64,000 nucleotides of DNA from an uncultured Pseudobdellovibrionaceae bacterium. GTDB lineage: Bacteria; Bdellovibrionota; Bdellovibrionia; Bdellovibrionales; UBA1609. A program made the position numbers and the translations under genes. The stretch spans positions 192,001-256,000 of the forward strand of contig CAWDNU010000003.1 in the NCBI GenBank assembly GCA_963803705.1, read 5' to 3'. Each line of letters opens with the position of its first letter. Position 1 is the first letter of the stretch. Below, piece by piece: positions 49,760-59,157 of the stretch. The notes beneath the pieces are model-generated. The model was not told the DNA's origin and did not search any database. It saw only the letters and a list, made by a program, of their open reading frames with translations.

Positions 49760-51494
49760 TTAGTTGGCGTAATAACAAGAACTTTGCTCTAAGGTTATTA
49801 AATCGTAGGTTGAATATTCACCGTTCCTAATAAGAGCCAGTTTTGGTCCAATGGGGTCAACTATTGTGCTTGGACTTTCTTTGATTTGGTCTCTATAAAC
49901 GGTGTTTTGCGTGCTCAATTGTAAATGAGAAAAATAGGTATCTATGGCAAACTGGTCATCTGTTTCGGCGGTCTTTGAAATCTTTTGGGTGTAAAATAAA
50001 TATTCATAAAAATAATTAGATTTTGAAGTTTGCAAAGTATGGCTTAAAAGTAAATCCTGAGGAAATTTCTCTAATTGTCCTTGGTTAAGATATTCAACCT
50101 TTAATGAATCTTGGTCAGAACCTTTGGCAATAGCTTGCAGCCTAAAACCAGATTCGGCAGTAGTCTGCGGGTCATCAGAATTTGGTAAACCAAAATCACA
50201 GGCAAAGTTCTTATCTAAAAACACCTTAACCAGGACTTCATGACCTGCGGGTATCATCATTGCCGATACGGGCTCGTCGTCTAACATAAACTCAAGTGAC
50301 GATTCAAAACTTTGATCGACTTGTTCTAACTGAAGACCGGCCAATTCAACTTTGTCTCCGTTTCGTTTTCCGAAATCTGAACGCTGCATTTTGGTGATTA
50401 ATGGGCTTTGAATGGCAGCAATAGAATTTTGATCAGGAAGGTGTAAGCGCAGATCTTTTTTAGATAGATTTTTAAACTGAATGCTGAAAACATGAGTTTT
50501 TACATCTAAATAGTCTCCCAAATTGTAGGGATATGATCTATCTAGTTCAGGATTTAAGAAAGTTGTGGCTTCAATAACCGGGCGGTCGAAAACCACATTG
50601 AAATATTCTGACCAAGCCACGCGTCTATTGCTAACTTTATCGTTGTTGGCTTGAGTTGATTTTGGCTTTAAAATAGTTAAGGCTCTACATTTTTTTAAAA
50701 ACGAAACATTATTTGCTACAAATAACTTATCTCTAAGTTTGGAGTTTAAATCACTATTAAGCTCACTGTTTTCGTGATCTAAAAGATAAGTATTTCTGTC
50801 TCCCAAGCATTTTATTTTTACTTCTGATATTTCAAATCCCGCTAAATCTGATTCGAGCATATACTCGAACGAACGGTTGTCATCAATTTCAAGGCTTGGA
50901 AAACCCGTTATATCTAAGGGGTTTCTATTTGAGATCGAAAGTTTACCCGGACTTTTTGAAGCATTCGAAAATGTAAACACATTAAGTTCATTCTGTGAAT
51001 GAGTGTTGATGGGTAGGCTTGCAAGAGTAAATTCATGGGAAGAGTCGATTTTATTTCCAGCGACAACTTTTAGATCACACCTGTAGTCACTCGAGCTATT
51101 TTTATAACCCGGTTCAAAAATCATGGATTCTGGCAAAAGGTCGTACATGTAAACTTTGTTTTCAGAACTGAGTTTAAAATCTTTTTTAGCAGCAATGGGT
51201 TTGCTGCTCTCAGAATTGGAGCAGTTAAGTTCTGCGGAAAAACGAATATCAGCACCAATGGCACCAAATTGAATATATGATTTATAGTCTAGGCTGCCGT
51301 TGATTTGGTCAGATTCAAAGTTGGACACTGAATTCTCTAGAGCAAGATTAGAGGCTTCTGGAGCTGTGTCCCAAGGCAAAGATCATTGGCTCTTGAAGGT
51401 CCCAATAGTCTTTAGGCGCGTTCTTAGATTCGCACCCAATTAAAATGCTGCCTACTAGAGCTAGCATAATTAGAAACAGACTTAGATAACGCAT
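49760..51494 (-). CDS. Large lipoprotein, hypothetical; frameshift separates the signal peptide from the body
   Basis: ATG 51494 gives MRYLSLFLIMLALVGSILIGC (lipobox), out of frame with the 539-aa ORF 49760-51379. Confidence 0.65.
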
Positions 51495-51899
51495 GTAAAC
51501 TTCCTTTTAGTTTCAGATAAAAAATTAAATGCTCGATTGAGATTAGCACTCGTTCAAGCAAGTAGCTAAGGTTAGCAAGCCTTTTAAATTCCTAAACTAA
51601 GGCAAAGGTGCTAACCATTTCTCACATGTCCGAATTTAGAGCAATCTTAGTTACATTCATAGTTTTGCTCAACCATTGGAAAATTTTACAGAACTGTACA
51701 AACTTTGTAGGCACTGCAAATGCCGAATTACTCGCTGACATAACCTAGATCGTGATCCGATATGTTGTTAAAACGGTTTAATGTTCTAAAATCTCATTGG
51801 GCAGGCAGATTGCCTCAAACCCGAACTATAATAATAAATGACTATTTCAAATTTTATATCAGGTACAATATTATTAAATTTTTCCTATTTTTTAGTGAT

Positions 51900-52202
51900 T
51901 CACTTCTTTTTAAATAAAGCTTCAGCTTGCGACATCAAATTTTTTTCAGGATCAGAAATAAACTTTTTATCACCCTCACTACTTTGCGGAGTGAAAAACT
52001 CGCAATAATTAGCCTTTTGCTTGTCTAGAAAGCGGTCCGCCATGGGCTCTGTGCATTCGTTGTAAACTTTTGGATTGTAGTGTTGGCATTGAACACAGCT
52101 ATGAAGGTCGTGGCCACAGTATTCACAGTCTTCACGAAAGCCAATTTTGTCACTTAAACTAAGTTTTTTTTTACAATCGAAACATTGGATTTCCATACTC
52201 AT
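51900..52202 (-). CDS. Cys-rich putative metal-binding small protein
   Basis: CxxC...CxxCxxDLHxCxxC...C...ANYCEFF. Confidence 0.75.
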   Translation of the reverse strand: MSMEIQCFDCKKKLSLSDKIGFREDCEYCGHDLHSCVQCQHYNPKVYNECTEPMADRFLDKQKANYCEFFTPQSSEGDKKFISDPEKNLMSQAEALFKKK

Positions 52203-52214
52203 AGATTGCCATAA

Positions 52215-52313
52215 AGGTGCCAGGTTCCGAACGCTTGCAGCGATGCAACAAGCATTTGAAACCTGGCACCTGAAAAGAAATGGTACCTGAAAAGCATTCG
52301 GAACCTGGCACCT
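52215..52313. repeat. REP-like inverted/direct 22-bp repeat cluster
   Basis: AGGTGCCAGGTTCCGAACGCTT (52215) followed by two reverse copies, AAGCATTTGAAACCTGGCACCT and AAGCATTCGGAACCTGGCACCT. Confidence 0.85.
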
Positions 52314-52329
52314 AAATGTGGGCGAGTTT

Positions 52330-53299
52330 TTAACGAAATTGCTTTGGTTTTTTTGATAAGGTGTGGGTGGCCGATATTTTTCGAATTGTTCCAGTTTTAG
52401 AGCGCATAACTATAGACTCGGTTTAAGGCTCTGCCACCAGAAATATATCGAACACCATTTAATAGCGGGCCAGGGGTGATGCCTGTGGCGACAAACATGA
52501 CATCACCGTGAGCTAGATCTTGAATACTTAAGGATTTAGCTAAATCTTTGACACCCATCTTTGTTGCGCGTTCTTTTTCATCTTCGTTTCTGAAATTTAG
52601 ATCGTCCTTGAAAATCACCACCAGACATTTCATAGCAGCAGCAGTGATTACACCTTCAGGCGCACCACCGGTGCCCATCAAAATGTCTATCCCTGAGTCA
52701 TCCCATGCTGTGGCCAATGCCGCAGAGACATCACCATCATCGATTAGAGTTAATGCGAACATTTAGATCGCGTAGAGTTTTTATCAGAGACCTCATGTCT
52801 GGACGATTTAATACGATGGCCGTCAATTCATTCACGGTTTGTTCAGGGCTTTAGATACGGCACGAATATTCTCTTCAATGCACTTATCTATATCAATCAC
52901 TCCTTTGGCTCTAGGACCAACAGCAATCTTATCCATGTATGTGTCGGGCGCATGAAGAAAGTTACCTCTTTCAGCGACGGCAATGACACTTATACGCGCC
53001 AGGTGCACCGTAAGCACACAGATTGGTTCCTTCTAGAGGATCCAAAGCAATATCAATCTGAGGTGAGGTTCTTATCGCCGCAACCCACTTTTTCACCGAT
53101 AAAAAGCATTGGGGCTTCATCTCGTTCACCTTCACCGATCACTACCACGCCTTGAACCATAATGTCATCGAAGGCTCGTCTCATGGCATCCACAGCCGCC
53201 TGATCTGCGCGTCTTTTAGCCTAAGCCCATAAATTTTGAGCTATTTAATGCAGCAGCTTCAGTGATTCTTACAAATTCGAGGGCCAGGTTTCTGTCCAT
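52330..53299 (-). pseudogene. glpX: Class II fructose-1,6-bisphosphatase with multiple frameshifts (or sequencing errors)
   Basis: Fragments [68 protein letters not shown] and ATGITPG lie in different frames. Confidence 0.9.
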
Positions 53300-53710
53300 T
53301 CCGTGTTCTCCGTTGAGAGTCGGGTAAGTTCTTTGGAGGCTTTATGACTTTCAAGTGTTTTGTCTACACCAATATGTAGGGTGTGACCAGTGGCACAGAG
53401 TTGCTTATTCACGTAAATACCGTAGTAGAAGTTATATCTGAGCCCATCAGTGTAATTCTTAAGTAGACTTGTAGCTTGATCACTCAATCGACAAGGCCTT
53501 TTATAGTAGGACACTCGGCATTCTAAAACGGCTAAGGTGTAGTCAATGTGGGAGAGTGAAAGGCTTAAACCGTTTTGCTCTCGAAGCCAGGCCACTCTAG
53601 TTTCTTCCATCCATTTAAATGATTTGCGTGATGAGCAATGCCCATTATGTCTGTTTCGTGAAATTGAATAAATTTTTTGTAGGAAAGTCGTTTGACCTTT
53701 TTGAATCCAA
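53269..53710 (-). pseudogene. Acyl-CoA thioesterase (YbgC/FadM-like), frameshifted
   Basis: FHETDIMGIAHHANHL in one frame and WMEETRVAWL in another. Confidence 0.75.
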
Positions 53711-53862
53711 AATTGCCTCCATCAGGTCTTTCAGCAAGAATACTGATATCTGGATTATTGATTTTAGAATAGTTTCGAAGAGGTACCGCGATCAAAAACC
53801 AAACGCATCAAGACATTCTTTCAAGCCAGTGATTTCATTAAATCATTGCTACCTTCGAGTCG

Positions 53863-54405
53863 ATGTTTTATTTAATTTCTTTTCTAACCCTGAGTCGAAT
53901 TATTGGCGCTCCGTTAATTTTATTACCTTGGTGTATGGATGGGGAAGAGTATTTGGATTTTCACAAGCTTTTACTTTGGCCTTTTGAGTTTGACAGATTA
54001 CTTCGACGGCATGTTGGCAAGAAAGTATCAAATGGTGTCCAATTTTGGAAAGTTTCTAGATCCGATAGGGGACAAGGTTGTAGTCTTGTTTGGGTTAGTA
54101 CTTTTGACTTTGTCCAAAGATCTTAACCCTGGGTTTTTGCTTATTTTTATGACTAGGGATTTTATTATTGGCGGACTTAGATCGTTTGCTGCTGCGGAAG
54201 GAGTTGTTATCTCTGCCCGCGCATTAGGAAAGTCAAAGGCCGCGCTTCAGATGGTGGCCATACCCCTGTTATTCTTCCAGATTACTTTCTACCCATTGCA
54301 TTTTCCACCTTTATAATTGGTGAAGTGGTGTTAATTATTAGCCTAATATTAAGCCTAGTTTCGGGCTTCGATTACTTTTTAGGCTTCCGTGGAACATTGG
54401 GTTGA
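53863..54405 (+). pseudogene. pgsA: CDP-diacylglycerol--glycerol-3-phosphate phosphatidyltransferase, frameshifted as assembled
   Basis: LTLSRI; TDYFDGMLARK...GKFLDPIGDK; GKSKAALQM; C-terminal SLVSGFDYF in another frame; next to tRNA-Gly. Confidence 0.85.
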
Positions 54406-54431
54406 CAGAGGCGATACTGACAGCATATTCT
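54402..54431 (+). promoter_or_regulatory. Possible sigma70 promoter for tRNA-Gly
   Basis: TTGACA-N18-TATTCT. Confidence 0.4.
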
Positions 54432-54447
54432 TAAGATTAATTCTTTC

Positions 54448-54523
54448 GCGGGAATAGCTCAGTTGATAGAGCGTCGCCTTGCCAAGGCGAAGGTCGCGAG
54501 TTTGAGTCTCGTTTCCCGCTCCA
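54448..54523 (+). tRNA. tRNA-Gly(GCC)
   Basis: 76-nt cloverleaf GCGGGAA...TTCCCGC-T-CCA; anticodon loop TTGCCAA. Confidence 0.97.
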
Positions 54524-54763
54524 TTAACAGGATCACCTCACGCAACTGCATAGAGTGCCGCGTACATTAGAAATTTTATTTTAGATGTATTTTCAACCGA
54601 GCCGAAGGGTCAACATCTTAGTAGCTGATGAAGCCGAACGAAGCCTTTCTTTAAAAAAAAAATCGGCGTCTAACTTTTGATCAGTTTTTTAAAGATAGTG
54701 AAATAAAGTGCAGGTTTGCTCTGTCACTTTGACCTGTATGTTTCTTTGAAATAATTTGATGTC

Positions 54764-55894
54764 ATGAACGATAAATCAAAAGTTATGAAATCACTACTAA
54801 GTTTTTTCGCGAGTTGCTTATTTAGCTTTAACGCGTTTGGAAATCTGGAATTTGACCAGGATCTATCAATTTTTAAAACCGTGAATTTAACTTCATTCCC
54901 ACAAATCTCTATTCCAATATATAAAAGCTCAGGTCGTGAAGGCCCTGGAGTGCTTTTCGTTCACGGCAATTCATCGTCCGCAAGAGCTTTTCATCGTCAG
55001 ATTTATTCTAAGTTCGGTAAAACCTATAAACTATTTTTTTTGGATCTACCCGGTCACGGTCAAGCCTCTAAAGTTGATGCTAACAGACCAATGCCAATGC
55101 TAAGTAGAAACTCACCAGCTGGTTTTGCGGAGTATCAGTTAGGGTTAGTTGAAGCCGTATCCCAAGTTGCAAATGATCCAGATGTGCAAGCTAAAGTTTT
55201 AGTAGGTTGGAGCTTGGGTGGGGATGTAGCCATCATGACTAAGGGGCTTGGGCTTGTGCCAGACATCGAGGCACTTATGATCATGGGAACAGCGCCTGCT
55301 AACGTCGATAGTCCAATTGATGAGCCGCCATTTAACTTAGTCACCAGGATTGAACGCATGATAGGTATTTCAGCCTATGCGGGTTTTGGACTATCTTTTA
55401 ATTTAGGCGTGTTTAACCCTTATAGATTTGATGGGAAGTTTTCTGATTCCATACCTTATTTCGCACCAAGATCTGCGAAGAAGTTCGAAACTAGAGGGCA
55501 AGCATATTTAGATGCATTTTTTGACCCCAACAGTACATCCGAAACACCAAGGTTTGTTGTTGAAGACGCCTTAAAGCGTTCGGACGATAGGTTTAGAGCC
55601 TCACTGGGGGCAATGGCTTTAGGAAGGTTACCTGATCTAAAAATTCCAAACGAGCTAGACATAATTAAAAGTCTTGATAAAGAAAATACTATTTTAGCTG
55701 TGGTGGTTGGCGAGAACGATATGTTTGTAAATAAGGATTATTTGTCAGAGTTAAAATATAAAAAATTTCTGCCAACGCTTTGGAAAAATGAAATTATTCA
55801 GATAAAAGATGCTGGCCATGCTGCGCAACTAGAACAGCCACAGGTTTTCAATCAGTTGTTAGAAGACTTCTTAAATTATTTAGATAAAATTTAA
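54764..55894 (+). CDS. Secreted alpha/beta hydrolase
   Basis: HGNSSS, DLPGHG, GWSLGG nucleophile elbow, GEND, AGH; signal peptide. Confidence 0.9.
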   Translation: MNDKSKVMKSLLSFFASCLFSFNAFGNLEFDQDLSIFKTVNLTSFPQISIPIYKSSGREGPGVLFVHGNSSSARAFHRQIYSKFGKTYKLFFLDLPGHGQASKVDANRPMPMLSRNSPAGFAEYQLGLVEAVSQVANDPDVQAKVLVGWSLGGDVAIMTKGLGLVPDIEALMIMGTAPANVDSPIDEPPFNLVTRIERMIGISAYAGFGLSFNLGVFNPYRFDGKFSDSIPYFAPRSAKKFETRGQAYLDAFFDPNSTSETPRFVVEDALKRSDDRFRASLGAMALGRLPDLKIPNELDIIKSLDKENTILAVVVGENDMFVNKDYLSELKYKKFLPTLWKNEIIQIKDAGHAAQLEQPQVFNQLLEDFLNYLDKI

Positions 55895-55944
55895 TTACTC
55901 GATATCCTGTAGCAGGATACACCGAGCTTGATAAACCATGATGC

Positions 55945-56616
55945 TTACAAGATTAGACTTATGTTTAGTGCATGTCTATTTTCAATTCCTTGCTGTGTTA
56001 TTCTGTAGTCGTTAACGTAGAAAAACTCCCACCTAACAGTGGTTCTAGTAACTTCAAACCCAATGATCGTCCTATGAGATGAAAACCCCTGAGCCCCGCT
56101 CACATAATTATTGCTGTAAAAATTAACTTCGCTAGATGCGACCAGACTTAGTTTGCTCTTAAAATCTAATGCATATTTTAACTCATTTCTAACGCGAAAT
56201 CGAAATGCATCAGAGTTATAGGCTTCAAAATTTCTTAACTCTTGCCTGAAGCGGACACTGTAGCTTAAGGATCCAGATAGTATAACCGGAGAAGGCTCGT
56301 ACTCTAGAGCGTACCTAAGTTCCCGAAGAGACATGTAACCATTTTCGCTTCCAATTGTGTATATGAAACCGAATCGACCCCACTGGTTAAAATAAGAATA
56401 GAAAAGATTAAGTTGTTCTTCTTTTAATCTGCTGACGTCAAAACTGTACCTCAGTTGAATTTGGGCTCCAAGCGAGAAATTGTTGCTAAATTCGTTTTCA
56501 TATCGCAACTGATTCCATAGAAAATAACTATTCTTTCCGCTTGCTAGTACACTGTTGTCGAAGCACAACATCAAAAAAAAAGACGTGAGAAAGTATAAGA
56601 ATTTTCTTGGATGCAT
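55945..56616 (-). CDS. DUF2490-like outer-membrane beta-barrel
   Basis: Signal peptide; RFRQELR, FRFRVR and SSEVNF pattern; terminal strand HALNISLIL. Confidence 0.7.
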   Translation of the reverse strand: MHPRKFLYFLTSFFLMLCFDNSVLASGKNSYFLWNQLRYENEFSNNFSLGAQIQLRYSFDVSRLKEEQLNLFYSYFNQWGRFGFIYTIGSENGYMSLRELRYALEYEPSPVILSGSLSYSVRFRQELRNFEAYNSDAFRFRVRNELKYALDFKSKLSLVASSEVNFYSNNYVSGAQGFSSHRTIIGFEVTRTTVRWEFFYVNDYRITQQGIENRHALNISLIL

Positions 56617-56690
56617 AGAATTAAAGTGGTGGTTAGGGTTTAATGTTAAGCAAGAAAAGACGTTTGCCCTGAGGTCCAGTAAAGAGCGTA

Positions 56691-57512
56691 CTAACCATAC
56701 TCTTCTTCAATCACGTTGTCGATTTCAGCGCCTAGTAACAGAATAAAGCCGTAAATATACAACCAAAGCATATACATTATAATTCCGCCCAAACTGCCAT
56801 AAACCTGATTGTAATTTGAAAAATTAGTGATGTAGATATTAAAAATGTTCGTGGACATAATTAGAATAAAGGTAGCAATGACGCTTCCTCTAGTAATCAG
56901 GACAAACTTAGATTTTGAATTAGGCGCTAAATAGTAGATCGAGCTGAACATCAAATTCACAAGCATAAAACTAATACAATATTTAACTATTGAAATTATA
57001 GTTTCTGAATATGATGTCAATTGAAGGGTTTCTAAAATAAATACGTTAAATTTAGAACTAAAAATTAACACTAAGGTTATGAAAATATAAAGAGTTACGT
57101 AAATAAGTGTTAACCCAACAGCAACCAGCCTACTTTTTGCGATAGATCTTGTCTCTTTAACGGCCTTCACAATATTTAGCTGATTCATGATAGCTAACAT
57201 CCCGCTTGAAGTGGCCCAAAGAGCTGTCAAAAAACTTATTGAAAGCACGCTAGGCTTCTTGTTGGTCAACACGTCGTTAATAGCGCTGACTATCATTTGG
57301 CCTGCCTGACCTGGCAAATTTTTCAAAACGGTATCAATGATATTGCTTTGTAGATCACCTGTAGGGACATAAGCTAAAATAGCTATTAGTGAAATTAGGG
57401 CAGGTATGGTGGCTAATGTTAAATAGTAAGCAAGAACAGCTGCGCTATCTAAGACATTGTCACTATTGAGCTTTGCATATAGTTTTAAGCAAACATTTTT
57501 AAACTCATCCAT
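56691..57512 (-). CDS. YihY/BrkB family membrane protein
   Basis: AAVLAYY, YNQVYGSLGG, WLY...LLGAE. Confidence 0.9.
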   Translation of the reverse strand: MDEFKNVCLKLYAKLNSDNVLDSAAVLAYYLTLATIPALISLIAILAYVPTGDLQSNIIDTVLKNLPGQAGQMIVSAINDVLTNKKPSVLSISFLTALWATSSGMLAIMNQLNIVKAVKETRSIAKSRLVAVGLTLIYVTLYIFITLVLIFSSKFNVFILETLQLTSYSETIISIVKYCISFMLVNLMFSSIYYLAPNSKSKFVLITRGSVIATFILIMSTNIFNIYITNFSNYNQVYGSLGGIIMYMLWLYIYGFILLLGAEIDNVIEEEYG

Positions 57513-57659
57513 AAAATAGTCATATCATTTATGAATTAAGAATATAACTCTGAAGCACATTCATTTGGTTTCTTTGGATAATTTCTGCGCTGCGATGATA
57601 AGTGTTTTTAACGTTTAAATGAACTAGGTCTTAATTCAAAATAGGGCTAATGTTTTTAC

Positions 57660-59156
57660 GTGTACAAAATTAGGACCTTAGCTTGGCTTTGTTATTTATT
57701 TATTTTTGTTTTTAAGCCGGTAGTATTTGCACTAGAGAACTACGGCGCGGGCCAGAAAGTCGAAGATGATTCCAGTGATCACATAGAATTTTTTTTAGAC
57801 CAAGTCCGAAAAAAGTCGCGTGCCATAAAAAATGCTGAGCTAGAATTTAAGTCCTCAAAGTTACTAAATGAAATCGACTTGTCAGAATTTGACTGGTCAG
57901 CCTTCCTGAACTTAAGCCGCTTAAGCGCCACGGATCCACAGCGAAATCCATTTAGCCCAATCAGAAATGATATAGACACTATAGGTTTAGGCGTTGCTAA
58001 GAAGTGGGCTTATGGTTTTGAAACTAATTTCAACTACAATGTCACTGACAATTTTATAAGGTTCCCACCGAGTGCGCCTGTCGGTGAGCTAAATTACTTT
58101 TTTCCTGACTTGAGCTTTGAGTTTAAAACGAACATTACTGACGACTTGATATATAAACAAAGTTTAAATAAAGTTATCAAAATTAAACGACAAAATGAAA
58201 CCCTAGAGATTGATAAGAAAATAAAAATACGAGAAAATCTAGTCTCTGCATTATTAGATGTCACAAGTTATGTAGAAGTTAAAAACGAAATTAATCTTCA
58301 AGAAAAAATATGTTCTGAAATCAGCAAGCAAAACAAAAAATTACAGAAAAAAAGGAAGCTTGGGAGCATTTCAAAGCGAGACTACTTAACAAGCCAAAAA
58401 GAGTACAATAGTTGCCAAATAATTATAAGAACACTGAGAGCTCAAAAATTATCTTTAGTAAATTCGCTTGAGACAAACTACAATTTAAACAGAAGTGCTT
58501 TTTTAAATTTTGAAATTGAAAATTTATTTCTTGATATAAAAAAACTCTATGAAAAATTTATGAATCTGCAGCAAAAAGTAGATTTAAAATCTACTATACA
58601 AATCAAAAGTCTGAAGCAAAAGATGAAGGTTTTACAAGCCGAGCACAAACAACTGAAAGCAGGTTCAAAACTTGACGTGTTTTTAGAAGCTAAGTACGGC
58701 TTAAGGGGATTAAATAACAATTACCCCGAAGCCCAAGATAATATAGCAAGTTCTGACTTTCCAAATTATTATGTGGGTTTAAAAGTTAACCTTCCTTTTA
58801 AAGATAGAAATGCTGAAACGCTTTTAGCGTCCAACTCGTACAAAAAAGAAGTGCTTAGCTTAAATTATGATCAAATGCTAACTCAAAAAACGTCTGAATT
58901 TTTCGTTTTACAAGCGACCCTTGATGACAACCTATTGATTTACGAAAAACTAGAGGAAAACTATAAACTGTCGCGTGAAATTTTAAACGAAGGCTTAAAA
59001 GACTTCAACAACGGGCGGATCGATTTTTTTAACCTAACAGAACTTAGGAAATCCTTTTTGCAATCCCAAAACCAGATGATCCAGTTTAGACGCCAAATTT
59101 TAGTAAATATTGTAGAGTACATTGATTATTTCAATTATTTTGAAAGGTACTATTAA
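57660..59156 (+). CDS. TolC-family outer membrane protein
   Basis: Signal peptide; two repeats of beta-strands plus long helices (LGSISKRDY, NGRIDFFNL); upstream of an RND gene. Confidence 0.8.
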   Translation: MYKIRTLAWLCYLFIFVFKPVVFALENYGAGQKVEDDSSDHIEFFLDQVRKKSRAIKNAELEFKSSKLLNEIDLSEFDWSAFLNLSRLSATDPQRNPFSPIRNDIDTIGLGVAKKWAYGFETNFNYNVTDNFIRFPPSAPVGELNYFFPDLSFEFKTNITDDLIYKQSLNKVIKIKRQNETLEIDKKIKIRENLVSALLDVTSYVEVKNEINLQEKICSEISKQNKKLQKKRKLGSISKRDYLTSQKEYNSCQIIIRTLRAQKLSLVNSLETNYNLNRSAFLNFEIENLFLDIKKLYEKFMNLQQKVDLKSTIQIKSLKQKMKVLQAEHKQLKAGSKLDVFLEAKYGLRGLNNNYPEAQDNIASSDFPNYYVGLKVNLPFKDRNAETLLASNSYKKEVLSLNYDQMLTQKTSEFFVLQATLDDNLLIYEKLEENYKLSREILNEGLKDFNNGRIDFFNLTELRKSFLQSQNQMIQFRRQILVNIVEYIDYFNYFERYY

Positions 59157-59157
59157 A

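Noticed and set aside
54590..54650. Hammerhead-like CTGATGA motif after tRNA-Gly
   Set aside because: No stem II or GAAA core can be formed.
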